Source: the human T2T-CHM13v2.0 reference genome, Homo sapiens
Length of the DNA stretch: 64,000 nucleotides
Reading direction: 5' to 3' (one strand)
Assembly (NCBI RefSeq): GCF_009914755.1
Contig: NC_060925.1
The position numbers and the translations under genes are program-made. Positions 44,581-59,900 of this stretch are shown piece after piece. The notes under the pieces are model-generated. The model was not told the DNA's origin. It worked only from the letters and a program-made list of their open reading frames with translations, and made no database searches. Within the stretch, counting starts at the first letter, position 1; each line of letters opens with the position of its first letter.

Positions 44581-47500
44581 ATGAAATTGAAATGGATGGA
44601 CTCATCATCGAATGGTTTCGAATGGAATCATCGAATAAAATTGATTGAAATCATCATCAAATGGAATCGAATGGTATCATTGAATGGAATCGAATGGAAT
44701 CATCATCAGATGGAAATGAATGGAATCGTCATAGAATGGAATCGAATGGATTCATTGAATGGAATCAGATGGAATCATCGAATGGACTGGAATGGAATCA
44801 TTGAATGGACTTGAAAGGGATCATGATTGAATGGAATTGAATGGAATCATGCAATGGTCTCGATTGGAATCATTATCGAATGGAATCGAATGGAATCACC
44901 GAATAGAACCGAATGGAACAATCATCGAATGGACTCAAATGGAATTATCATCAAATGGAATGGAATGGAATTATCGAATGCAATCGAATGGAATTATCGA
45001 ATGCAATCGAATAGAATCATTGAATGGACTCGAATGGAATCATCGAATGGAATGGAATGGAACAGTCAATGAACTCGAATGGAATCATCACTGAATGTAA
45101 TCGAATGGAATCATCGAGAGGAATCGAATGGAATTATGATCAAATGGAATCGAATATAATCATCATCAAATGGAATCAAAAATAACCATCATCAATTGGT
45201 ATTGAATGGAATTGTCATCAAATGGAATTCAAAGGAATCATCATCAAATGGAACCGAATGGAATCCTCATTGAATGGAAATGAAAGGGGTCATCATCTAA
45301 TGGAATCGCATGGAATCATCATCAAATGGAATCGAATGGAATCATCATCAAATGGAATCTGATGGAATCATTGAACAGAATTGAATGGAATCGTCATCGA
45401 ATGAATTGAATGCAATCATCGAATGGTCTCGAATGGAATCATCTTCTAATGGAAAGGAATGGAATCATCGCATAGAATCGAATGGAATTATCATCGAATG
45501 GAATCGAATGGCATCAACACCAAACGGAAAAAAACGGAATTATCGAATGGAATCGAAGAGAATCTTTGAACGGACCCGAATGGAATCATCTAATGGAATG
45601 GAATGGAATAATCCATGGACTCGAATGCAATCATCATCGAATGGAATCGAATGGAATCACCGAATAGAATCGAATGGAACAATCATCGAATGGACTCAAA
45701 TGGAATTATCCTCAAATGGAATCGAATGGAATTATCGAATGCAATCGAATGGAATTATCGAATGCAATCGAATAGAATCATCGAATGGACTCGAATGGAA
45801 TCATCGAATGGAATGGAATGGAACAGTCAATGAACTCGAATGGAATCATCATTGAATGGAATCGAATGGAATCATCGAGTGGAATCGAATGGAATTATGA
45901 TCAAATGGAATCGAATGTAATCATCATCAAATGGAATCAAAAATAACCATCATCAATTGGTATTGAATGGAATTCTCATCAAATGGAATTCAAAGGAAAC
46001 ATCATAAAATGGATCCGAATGGAATCCTCATTGAATGGAAATGAAAGGGGTCATCATCTAATGGAATCGCATGGAATCATCATCAAATGGAATCGAATGG
46101 AATCATCATCAAATGGAATCTGATGGAATCATTGAACAGAATTGAATGGAATCGTCATCGAATGAATTGAATGCAATCATCGAATGGTCTCGAATGGAAT
46201 CATCTTCTAATGGAAAGGAATGGAATCATCGCATAGAATCGAATGGAATTAACATTGAATGGACTCGAATGGAATCAACATCAAACGGAATCAAGAGGAA
46301 TTATCGAATGGAATCGAAGAGAATCATCGAATGGACTCGAATGGAATAATCTAATGGAATTGAATGGAATAATCCACGGACTCGAATGCAGTCATCATCG
46401 TATAGAAATCGAATGGAATCATCGAATGGACTCGAATGGAATAATCACTGAACGGAATCGAATGGAATCATCATCGGATGGAAACGAATGGAATCATCAT
46501 CGAATGGAAATGAAGGAGTCATCATCTAATGGAATTGCATGGAATCATCATAAAATGAAATCGAATGGAATCAACATCAAATGGAATCAAATGGAATCAT
46601 TGAACGGAATTGAATAGAATCGTCATCGAATGAATTGAATGCAATCATCGAATGGTCTCGAATGGAATCAACTTCAAATGGAATGGAATGGAATCATCGC
46701 ATAGAATCGAATGGAATTATCATCGAATGGAATCGAATGGAATCAACATCAAACGGAAAAAACCGGAATTATCGAATGGAATCGAAGAGAATCATCGAAT
46801 GGACCCGAATGGAATCATCTAATGGAATGGAATGGAATAAACCATGGACTCGAATGCAATCATCATCGAATGGAATCGAATGGAATCATCGAATGGACTC
46901 GAATGGAATAATCATTGAACGGAATCGAATGGAATCATCATCGGATGGAAATGAATGGAATCATCATCGAATGGAATCGAATAGAATTGTGGAATGAAAT
47001 CCAGTGTGATCATCATCGAATGGACCCGAATGGAATCATCATCCAACGGAAGCTAATGGAATCAACATCGAATGAATCGAATGGAAACACCATCGAATTG
47101 AAACGAGTGGAATTATCATGAAATTGAAATGGATGGACTCATCATCGAATGGATTCGAATGGAATCATCGAATAAAATTGATTGAAATCATCATCAAATG
47201 GAATCGAATGGTATCATTGAATGGAATCGAATGGAATCATCATCAGATGGAAATGAATGGAATCGTCATAGAATGGAATCGAATGGATTCATTGAATGGA
47301 ATCAGATGCAATCATCGAATGGACTGGAATGGAATCATTGAATGGACTCGAAAGGGATCATTATTCAATGGAATTGAATGGAATCATCGAATGGTCTCGA
47401 TTGGAATCATTATCGAATGGAATCGAATGGAATCACCGAATAGAATCGAATGGAACAATCATCGAATGGACTCAAATGGAATTATCATCAAATGGAATGG

Positions 47501-50500
47501 AATGGAATTATCGAATGCAATCGAATGGAATTATCGAATGCAATCGAATAGAATCATTGAATGGACTCGAATGGAATCATCGAATGGAATGGAATGGAAC
47601 AGTCAATGAACTCGAATGGAATCATCACTGAATGTAATCGAATGGAATCATCGAGAGGAATCGAATGGAATTATGATCAAATGGAATCGAATGTAATCAT
47701 CATCAAATGGAATCAAAAATAACCATCATCAATTGGTATTGAATGGAATTGTCATCAAATGGAATTCAAAGGAATCATCATCAAATGGAACGGAATGGAA
47801 TCCTCATTGAATGGAAATGAAAGGGGTCATCATCTAATGGAATCGCATGGAATCATCATCAAATGGAATCGAATGGAATCATCATCAAATGGAATCTGAT
47901 GGAATCATTGAACAGAATTGAATGGAATCGTCATCGAATGAATTGAATGCAATCATTGAATGGTCTCGAATGGAATCATCTTCTAATGGAAAGGAATGGA
48001 ATCATCGCATAGAATCGAATGGAATTATCATCGAATGGAATCGAATGGCATCAACACCAAACGGAAAAAAACGGAATTATCGAATGGAATCGAAGAGAAT
48101 CTTTGAACGGACCCGAATGGAATCATCTAATGGAATGGAATGGAATAATCCATGGACTCGAATGCAATCATCATCGAATGGAATCGAATGGAATCACCGA
48201 ATAGAATCGAATGGAACAATCATCGAATGGACTCAAATGGAATTATCCTCAAATGGAATCGAATGGAATTATCGAATGCAATCGAATGGAATTATCGAAT
48301 GCAATCGAATAGAATCATCGAATGGACTCGAATGGAATCATCGAATGGAATGGAATGGAACAGTCAATGAACTCGAATGGAATCATCATTGAATGGAATC
48401 GAATGGAATCATCGAGTGGAATCGAATGGAATTATGATCAAATGGAATCGAATGTAATCATCATCAAATGCAATCAAAAATAACCATCATCAATTCGTAT
48501 TGAATGGAAATGTCATCAAATGGAATTCAAAGGAAACATCATCAAATGGAACCGAATGGAATCCTCATTGAATGGAAATGAAAGGGGTCATCATCTAATG
48601 GAATCGCATGGAATCATCATCAAATGGAATCGAATGGAATCATCATCAAATGGAATCTGATGGAATCATTGAACAGAATTGAATGGAATCGTCATCGAAT
48701 GAATTGAATGCAATCATCGAATGGTCTTGAATGGAATCATCTTCTAATGGAAAGGAATGGAATCATCGCATAGAATCGAATGGAATTATCATCGAATGGA
48801 ATCGAATGGTATCAACACCAAACGGAAAAAAACGGAATTATCGAATGGAATCGAAGAGAATCTTCGAACAGACCCGAATGGACTCGAATGGAATCATCTA
48901 ATGGAATGGAATGGAATAATCCATGGACCCGAATGCAATCATCGTCGTATAAAATCGAATGCAATCATCGAATGGACTCGAATGGAATAATCATTGAACG
49001 GAATCGAATGGAATCATCATCAGATGGAAACGAATGGAATCATCATCGAATGGAAATGAAAGGAGTCATCATCTAATGGAATTGCATGGAATCATCATAA
49101 AATGGAATCGAATGGAATCAACATCAAATGGAATCAAATGGAATCATTGAACGGAATTGAATGGAATCGTCATCGAATGAATTGAATGCAATCATCGAAT
49201 GGTCTCGAATGGAATCATCTTCAAATGGAATGGAATGGAATCATCGCATAGAATCGAATGGAATTATCATCGAATGGAATCGAATGGTATCAACATCAAA
49301 CGGAAAAAAACGGAATTATCAAATGGAATCGAAGAGAATCATCGAACGGACCCGAATGGAATCATCTAATGGAATGGAATGGAATAATCCATGGACTCGA
49401 ATGCAATCATCATCCAATGGAATCGAATGGAATCATCGAATGGACTCGAATGGAATAATCATTGAACGGAATCGAATGGAATCATCATCGGATGGAAACG
49501 AATGGAATCATCATCGAATGGAAATGAAAGGAGTCATCATCTAATGGAATTGCATGGAATCATCATAAAATGGAATCGAATGGAATCAACATCAAATGGA
49601 ATCAAATGGAATCATTGAACGGAATTGAATGGAATCGTCATCGAAAGAATTGAATGCAATCATCGAATGGTCTCGAATGGAATCATCTTCAAATGGAATG
49701 GAATGGAATCATCGCATAGAATCGAATGGAATTATCATCGAATGGAATCGAATGGAATCAACATCAAACGGAAAAAAACGGAATTATCGAATGGAATCGA
49801 AGAGAATCATCGAATGGACCCGAATGGAATCATCTAATGGAATGGAATGGAATAATCCATGGACTCGAATGCAATCATCATCGAATGGAATCGAATGGAA
49901 TCATCGAATGGGTTCGAATGGAATAATCATTGAACGGAATCGAATGGAATCATCTTCGGATTGAAATGAATGGAAATATCATCGAATGGAATCGAATAGA
50001 ATTATGGAATGAAATCCAGTGTGATCATCATCGAATGGACCCGAATGGAATCATCATCCAACGGAAGCTAATGGAATCAACATCGAATGAATCTAATGGA
50101 AACACCATCGAATTGAAACGAATGGAATTATCATGAAATTGAAATGGATGGACTCATCATCGGATGGATTCGAATGGAATCATCGAATAAAATTGATTGA
50201 AATCATCATCAAATGGAATCGAATGGTATCATTGAATGGAATCGAATGGAATCATCATCAGATGGAAATGAATGGAATCGTCATAGAATGGAATCGAATG
50301 GATTCATTGAATGGAATCAGATGGAATCATCGAATGGACTGGAAAGGAATCATTGAATGGACTCGAAAGGGATCATGATTGAATGGAATTGAATGGAATC
50401 ATGGAATGGTCTCGATTGGAATCATTATCGAATGGAATCGAATGGAATCACCGAATAGAATCGAATGGAACAATCATCGAATGGACTCAAATGGAATTAT

Positions 50501-53160
50501 CATCAAATGGAATGGAATGGAATTATCGAATGCAATCGAATGGAATTATCGAATGCAATCGAATAGAATCATTGAATGGACTCGAATGGAATCATCGAAT
50601 GGAATGGAGTGGAACAGTCAATGAAGTCGAATGGAATCATCACTGAATGTAATCGAATGGAATCATCGAGAGGAATCGAATGGAATTATGATCAAATGGA
50701 ATCGAATGTAATCATCATCAAATGGAATCAAAAATAACCATCATCAATTGGTATTGAATGGAATTGTCATCAAATGGAATTCAAAGGAATCATCATCAAA
50801 TGGAACCGAATGGAATCCTCATTGAATGGAAATGAAAGGGGTCATCATCTAATGGAATCGCATGGAATCATCATCAAATGGAATCGAATGGAATCATCAT
50901 CAAATGGAATCTGATGGAATCATTGAACAGAATTGAATGGAATCGTCATCGAATGAATTGAATGCAATCATCGAATGGTCTCGAATGGAATCATCTTCTA
51001 ATGGAAAGGAATGGAATCATCGCATAGAATCGAATGGAATTATCATCGAATGGAATCGAATGGCATCAACACCAAACGGAAAAAAACGGAATTATCGAAT
51101 GGAATCGAAGAGAATCTTTGAACGGACCCGAATGGAATCATCTAATGGAATGGAATGGAATAATCCATGGACTCGAATGCAATCATCATCGAATGGAATC
51201 GAATGGAATCACCGAATAGAATCGAATGGAACAATCATCGAATGGACTCAAATGGAATTATCCTCAAATGGAATCGAATGGAATTATCGAATGCAATCGA
51301 ATGGAATTATCGAATGCAATCGAATAGAATCATCGAATGGACTCGAATGGAATCATCGAATGGAATGGAATGGAACAGTCAATGAACTCGAATGGAATCA
51401 TCATTGAATGGAATCGAATGGAATCATCGAGTGGAATCGAATGGAATTATGATCAAATGGAATCGAATGTAATCATCATCAAATGGAATTAAAAATAACC
51501 ATCATCAATTGGTATTGAATGGAATTGTCATCAAATGGAATTCAAAGGAAACATCATAAAATGGATCCGAATGGAATCCTCATTGAATGGAAATGAAAGG
51601 GGTCATCATCTAATGGAATCGTATGGAATCATCATCAAATGGAATCGAATGGAATCATCATCAAATGGAATCTGATGGAATCATTGAACAGAATTGAATG
51701 GAATCGTCATCGAATGAATTGAATGCAATCATCGAATGGTCTCGAATGGAATCATCTTCTAATGGAAAGGAATGGAATCATCGCATAGAATCGAATGGAA
51801 TTAACATTGAATGGACTCGAATGGAATCATCATCAAACGGAATCAAGAGGAATTATCGAATGGAATCGAAGAGAATCATCGAATGGACTCGAATGGAATA
51901 ATCTAATGGAATTGAATGGAATAATCCACGGACTCGAATGCAGTCATCATCGTATAGAATCGAATGGAATCATCGAATGGACTCGAATGGAATAATCACT
52001 GAACGGAATCGAATGGAATCATCATCGGACGGAAACGAATGGAATCATCATCGAATGGAAATGAAGGAGTCATCATCTAATGGAAGTGCATGGAATCATC
52101 ATAAAATGGAATCGAATGGAATCAACATCAAATGTAATCAAATGGAATCATTGAACGGAATTGAATAGAATCGTCATCGAATGAATTGAATGCAATCATC
52201 GAATGGTCTCGAATGGAATCAACTTCAAATGGAATGGAATGGAATCATCGCATAGAATCGAACGGAATTATCATCGAATGGAATCGAATGGAATCAACAT
52301 CAAACAGAAAAAACCGGAATTATCGAATGGAATCGAAGAGAATCATCGAATGGACCCGAATGGAATAATCTAATGGAATGGAATGGAATAATCCATGGAC
52401 TCGAATGCAATCATCATCGAATGGAATCGAATGGAATCATCGAATGGACTCGAATGGAATAATCATTGAACGGAATCGAATGGAATCATCATCGGATGGA
52501 AATGAATGGAATCATCATCGAATGGAATCGAATAGAATTGTGGAATGAAATCCAGTGTGATCATCATCGAATGGACCCCAGTGGAATCATCATCCAACGG
52601 AAGCTAATGGAATCAACATCGAATGAATCGAATGGAAACACCATCGAATTGAAACGAGTGGAATTATCATGAAATTGAAATGGATGGACTCATCATCGAA
52701 TGGATTCGAATGGAATCATCGAATAAAATTGATTGAAATCATCATCAAATGGAATCGAATTGTATCATTGAATGGAATCGAATGGAATCATCATCAGATG
52801 GAAATGAATGGAATCGTCATAGAATGGAATCGAATGGATTCATTGAATGGAATCAGATGCAATCATCGAATGGACTGGAATGGAATCATTGAATGGACTC
52901 GAAAGGGATCATTATTGAATGGAATTGAATGGAATCATCGAATGGTCTCGATTGGAATCATCGAATGGAATCGAATGGAATCACCGAATAGAATCGAATG
53001 GAACAATCATCGAATGGACTCAAATGGAATTATCATCAAATGGAATGGAATGGAATTATCGAATGCAATCGAATGGAATTATCGAATGCAATCGAATAGA
53101 ATCATCGAATGGACTCGAAAGGAATCATCGAATGGAATGGAATGGAACAGTCAATGAACT
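44581..53160 (+). repeat. ~5552-bp second-level higher-order repeat (about 1.5 copies)
   Basis: A constant offset of 5551-5552 bp holds for 44581/50133, 45385/50937, 46146/51698 and 47118/52669, and for the variant BamHI sites at 46011/51563. The copies share private variants. Confidence 0.8.
45385..46145 (+). repeat. 761-bp truncated subunit (1308-bp unit minus 547 bp)
   Basis: Module starts are 761-762 bp apart at 45385/46146, 47922/48683, 50937/51698, 54753/55514 and 56822/57584. The junction reads ...ATGCAATCATCATCGAATGGAATCGAATGGAATCA|CCGAATAGAATCGAATGGAACAATC. A sixth copy starts at 63598. Confidence 0.9.
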
Positions 53161-53974
53161 CGAATGGAATCATCATTGAATGGAATCGAATGGAATCATC
53201 GAGTGGAATCGAATGGAAATATGATCAAATGGAATCGAATGTAATCATCATCAAATGGAATCAAAAATAACCATCATCAATTTGTATTGAATGGAATTGT
53301 CATCAAATGGAATTCAAAGGAAACATCATAAAATGGAACCGAATGGAATCCTCATTGAAATGGAAATGAAAGCGGTCATCATCTAATGGAATCGCATGGA
53401 ATCATCATCAAATGGAATCGAATGGAATCATCATCAAATGGAATCTGATGGAATCATTGAACAGAATTGAATGGAATCGTCATCGAATGAATTGAATGCA
53501 ATCATCGAATGGTCTCGAATGGAATCAACTTCAAATGGAAAGGAATGGAATCATCGCATAGAATCGAATGGAATTATCATCGAATGGAATCGAATGGAAT
53601 CAACATCAAACGGAAAAAAACGGAATTATCGAATGGAATCGAAGAGAATCATCGAATGGACCCGAATGGAATCATCTAATGGAATGGAATGGAATAATCC
53701 ATGGACTCGAATGCAATCATCATCGAATGGAATCGAATGGAATCATCGAATGGACTCGAATGGAATAATCATTGAACGGAATCGAATGGAATTATCTTCG
53801 GATGGAAATGAATGGAATCATCATCGAATGGAATCGAATAGAATTATGGAATGAAATCCAGTGTGATCATCATCGAATGGACCCGAATGGAATCATCATC
53901 CAACGGAAGCTAATGGAATCAACATCGAATGAATCTAATGGAAACACCATCGAATTGAAACGAATGGAATTATC
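52669..53974 (+). repeat. Single-module unit (1306 bp)
   Basis: One module at 53471 lies between markers 52669 and 53975. A 3-bp deletion near 52958 and a 1-bp insertion near 53360 account for the difference from 1308. Confidence 0.88.
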
Positions 53975-56900
53975 ATGAAATTGAAATGGATGGACTCATC
54001 ATCGGATGGATTCGAATGGAATCATCGAATAAAATTGATTGAAATCATCATCAAATTGAATCGAATGGTATCATTGAATGGAATCGAATGGAATCATCAT
54101 CAGATGGAAATGAATGGAATCGTCATAGAATGGAATCGAATGGATTCATTGAATGGAATCAGATGGAATCATCGAATGGACTGGAATGGAATCATTGAAT
54201 GGACTCGAAAGGGATCATGATTGAATGGAATTGAATGGAATCATGGAATGGTCTCGATTGGAATCATTATCGAATGGAATCGAATGGAATCACCGAATAG
54301 AATCGAATGGAACAATCATCGAATGGACTCAAATGGAATTATCATCAAATGGAATGGAATGGAATTATCGAATGCAATCGAATGGAATTATCGAATGCAA
54401 TCGAATAGAATCATTGAATGGACTCGAATGGAATCATCGAATGAAATGGAATGGAACAGTCAATGAACTCGAATGGAATCATCACTGAATGTAATCGAAT
54501 GGAATCATCGAGAGGAATCGAATGGAATTATGATCAAATGGAATCGAATGTAATCATCATCAAATGGAATCAAAAATAACCATCATCAATTGGTATTGAA
54601 TGGAATTGTCATCAAATGGAATTCAAAGGAATCATCATCAAATGGAACCGAATGGAATCCTCATTGAATGGAAATGAAAGGGGTCATCATCTAATGGAAT
54701 CGCATGGAATCATCATCAAATGGAATCTGATGGAATCATTGAACAGAATTGAATGGAATCGTCATCGAATGAATTGAATGCAATCATCGAATGGTCTCGA
54801 ATGGAATCATCTTCTAATGGAAAGGAATGGAATCATCGCATAGAATCGAATGGAATTATCATCGAATGGAATCGAATGGCATCAACACCAAACGGAAAAA
54901 AACGGAATTATCGAATGGAATCGAAGAGAATCTTTGAACGGACCCGAATGCAATCATCTAATGGAATGGAATGGAATAATCTATGGACTCGAATGCAATC
55001 ATCATCGAATGGAATCGAATGGAATCACCGAATAGAATCGAATGGAACAATCATCGAATGGACTCAAATGGAATTATCCTCAAATGGAATCGAATGGAAT
55101 TATCGAATGCAATCTAATGGAATTATCGAATGCAATCGAATAGAATCATCGAATGGACTCGAATGGAATCATCGAATGGAATGGAATGGAACAGTCAATG
55201 AACTCGAATGGAATCATCATTGAATGGAATCGAATGGAATCATCGAGTGGAATCGAATGGAATTATGATCAAATGGAATCGAATGTAATCATCATCAAAT
55301 GGAATCAAAAATAACCATCATCAATTGGTATTGAATGGAATTGTCATCAAATGGAATTCAAAGGAAACATCATAAAATGGATCCGAATGGAATCCTCATT
55401 GAATGGAAATGAAAGGGGTCATCATCTAATGGAATCGCATGGAATCATCATCAAATGGAATCGAATGGAATCATCATCAAATGGAATGTGATGGAATCAT
55501 TGAACAGAATTGAATGGAATCGTCATCGAATGAATTGAATGCAATCATCGAATGGTCTCGAATGGAATCACCTTCTAATGGAAAGGAATGGAATCATCGC
55601 ATAGAATCGAATGGAATTAACATTGAATGGACTCAAATGGAATCAACATCAAACGGAATCAAACGGAATTATCGAATGGAATCGAAGAGAATCATCGAAC
55701 GGACCCGAATGGAATCATCTAATGGAATGGAATGGAATAATCCATGGACTGGAAGGCAATGATCATCGAATGGAATCGAATGGAATCATCGAATGGACTC
55801 GAATGGAATAATCATTGAACGGAATCGAATGGAATCATCATCGGATGGAAATGAATGGAATCATCATCGAATGGAATCGAATAGAATTGTGGAATGAAAT
55901 CCAGTGTGATCATCATCGAATGGACCCGAATGGAATCATCATCCAACGGAAGCTAATGGAATCAACATCGAATGAATCGAATGGAAACACCATCGAATTG
56001 AAACGAGTGGAATTATCATGAAATTGAAATGGATGGACTCATCATCGAATGGATTCGAATGGAATCATCGAATAAAATTGATTGAAATCATCATCAAATG
56101 GAATCGAATGGTATCATGGAATGGAATCGAATGGAATCATCATCAGATGGAAATGAATGGAATCGTCATAGAATGGAATCGAATGGATTCATTGAATGGA
56201 ATCAGATGCAATCATCGAATGGACTGGAATGGAATCATTGAATGGACACGAAAGGGATCATTATTGAATGGAATTGAATGGAATCATCGAATGGTCTCGA
56301 TTGGAATCATTATCGAATGGAATCGAATGGAATCACCGAATAGAATCGAATGGAACAATCATCGAATGGACTCAAATGGAATTATCATCAAATGGAATGG
56401 AATGGAATTATCGAATGCAATCGAATGGAATTATCGAATGCAATCGAATGGAATCATCGAATGGACTCGAATGGAATCATCGAATGGAATGGAATGGAAC
56501 AGTCAATGAACTCGAATGGAATCATCACTGAATGTAATCGAATGGAATCATCGAGAGGAATCGAATGGAATTATGATCAAATGGAATCGAATGTAATCAT
56601 CATCAAATGGAATCAAAAATAACCATCATCAAATGGTATTGAATGGAATTGTCATCAAATGGAATTCAAAGGAATCATCATCAAATGGAACCGAATGGAA
56701 TCCTCATTGAATGGAAATGAAAGGGGTCATCATCTAATGGAATCGCATGGAATCATCATCAAATGGAATCGAATGGAATCATCATCAAATGGAATCTGAT
56801 GGAATCATTGAACAGAATTGAATGGAATCGTCATCGAATGAATTGAATGCAATCATCGAATGGTCTCGAATGGAATCATCTTCTAATGGAAAGGAATGGA

Positions 56901-59900
56901 ATCATCGCATAGAATCGAATGGAATTATCATCGAATGGAATCGAATGGCATCAACACCAAACGGAAAAAAAAGGAATTATCGAATGGAATCGAAGAGAAT
57001 CTTTGAACGGACCCGAATGGAATCATCTAATGGAATGGAATGGAATAATCCATGGACTCGAATGCAATCATCATCGAATGGAATCGAATGGAATCACCGT
57101 ATAGAATCGAATGGAACAATCATCGAATGGACTCAAATGGAATTATCCTCAAATGGAATGGAATGCAATTATCAAATGCAATCGAATGGAATTATCGAAT
57201 ACAATCGAATAGAAACATCGAATGGACTCGAATGGAATCATCGAATGGAATGGAATGGAACAGTCAATGAACTCGAATGGAATCATCATTGAATGGAATC
57301 GAATGGAATCATCGAGTGGAATCGAATGGAATTATGATCAAATGGAATCGAATGTAATCATCATCAAATGGAATCAAAAATAACCATCATCAATTTGTAT
57401 TCAATGGAATTGTCATCAAATGGAATTCAAAGGAAACATCATAAAATGGAACCGAATGGAATCCTCATTGAAATGGAAATTAAAGGGGTCATCATCTAAT
57501 GGAATCGCATGGAATCATCATCAAATGGAATCGAATGGAATCATCATCAAATGGAATGTGATGGAATCATTGAACAGAATTGAATGGAATCGTCATCGAA
57601 TGAATTGAATGCAATCATCGAATGGTCTCGAATGGAATCATCTTCTAATGGAAAGGAATGGAATCATCGCATAGAATCGAATGGAATTATCATCGAAAGG
57701 AATCGAATGGTATCAACATCAAACGGAAAAAAACGGAATTATCGAATGGAATCGAAGAGAATCTTCGAACGGACCCGAATGGAATCATCTAATGGAATGG
57801 AATGGAATAATCCATGGACTGGAAGGCAATCATCATCGAATGGAATCGAATGGAATCATCGAATGGACTCGAATGGAATAATCATTGAACGGAATCGAAT
57901 GGAATCATCATCGGATGGAAACGAATGGAATCATCATCGAATGGAAATGAAAGGAGTCATCATCTAATGGAATTGCATGGAATCATCATCAAATGGAATC
58001 GAATGGAATCAACATCAAATGGAATCAAATGGAATCATTGAACGGAATTGAATGGAATCGTCATCGAATGAATTGAATGCAATCATCGAATGGTCTCGAA
58101 TGGAATCATCTTCAAATGGAATGGAATGGAATCATCGCATAGAATCGAATGGAATTATCATCGAATGGAATCGAATGGAATCAACATCAAACGGAAAAAA
58201 ACGGAATTATCGTATGGAATCGAAGAGAATCATCGAATGGACCTGAATGGAATAATCTAATGGAATGGAATGGAATAATCCATGGACTCGAATGCAATCA
58301 TCATCGAATGGAATCGAATGGAATCATCGAATGGACTCGAATGGAATCATCATCAGATGGAAATGAATGGAATCGTCATAGAATGGAATCGAATGGATTC
58401 ATTGAATGGAATCAGATGGAATCATCAAATGGACTGGAATGGAATCATTGAATGGACTCGAAAGGGATCATTATTGAATGGAATTGAATGGAATCATCGA
58501 ATGGTCTCGAATGCAATCATCATCGAATGGAATCGAATGGAATCATCGAATGGACTGGAATGGAATAATCATTGAACGGAATTGAATGGAATCATCATCG
58601 GATGGAAATGAATGGAATCATCATCGAATGGAATCGAATAGAATTATGGAATGAAATCCAGTGTGATCATCATCGAATGGACCCGAATGGAATCATCATC
58701 CAACGGAAGCTAATGGAATCAACATCGAATGAATCGAATGGAAACACCATCGAATTGAAACGAATGGAATTATCATGAAATTGAAATGGATGGACTCATC
58801 ATCGAATGGATTCGAATGGAATCATCGAATAAAATTGATTGAAATCATCATCCAATGGAATCGAATGGTATCATTGAATGGAATCGAATGGAATCATCAT
58901 CAGATGGAAATGAATGGAATCGTCATAGAATGGAATCGAATAGATTCATTGAATGGAATCAGATGGAATCATCGAATGGACTGGAATGGAATCATTGAAT
59001 GGACTCGAAAGGGGTCATTATTGAATGGAATTGAATGGAATCATCGAATGGTCTCGATTGGAATCATTATCAAATGGAATCGAATGGAATCACCGAATAG
59101 AATCGAATGGAACAATCATCGAATGGACTCAAATGGAATTATCCTCAAATGGAATCGAATGGAATTATCGAATGCAATCGAATGGAATTATCGAATGCAA
59201 TCGAATAGAATCATCGAATGGACTCGAATGGAATCATCGAATGGAATGGAATGGAACAGTCAATGAACTCGAATGGAATCATCATTGAATGGAATCGAAT
59301 GGAATCATCGAGTGGAATTGAATGGAATTATGATCAAATGGAATCGAATGTAATCATCATCAAATGGAATCAAAAATGACCATCATCAATTGGTATTGAA
59401 TGGAATTGTCATCAAATGGAATTCAAAGGAATAATCATCAAATGGAACCGAATGGAATCCTCATTGAATGGAAATGAAAGGGGTCATCATCTAATGGAAC
59501 CGCATGGAATCATCATCAAATGGAATCGAATGGAATCAACATCAAATGGAATCTGATGGAATCATTGAACAGAATTGAATGGAATCGTCATCGAATGAAT
59601 TGAATGCAATCATCGAATGGTCTCGAATGGAGTCATCTTCTAATGGAAAGGAATGGAATCATCGCATAGAATCGAATGGAATTAACATTGAATGGGCTCG
59701 AATGGAATCAACATCAAACGGAATCAAGCGGAATTATCGAATGGAATCGAAGAGAATCATCGAATGGACTCGAATGGAATAATCTAATGGAATTGAATGG
59801 AATAATCCACGGACTCGAATGCAATCATCATCGTATAGAATCGAATGGAATCATCGAATGGACTCGAATGGAATAATCATTGAACGGAATCGAATGGAAT

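Noticed and set aside
58291-58565. Mobile element insertion with target-site duplication
   Set aside because: The inserted sequence is satellite from the same unit, with no poly-A tail or terminal repeats, and the ~55-bp flanking repeat is too long for a typical TSD.
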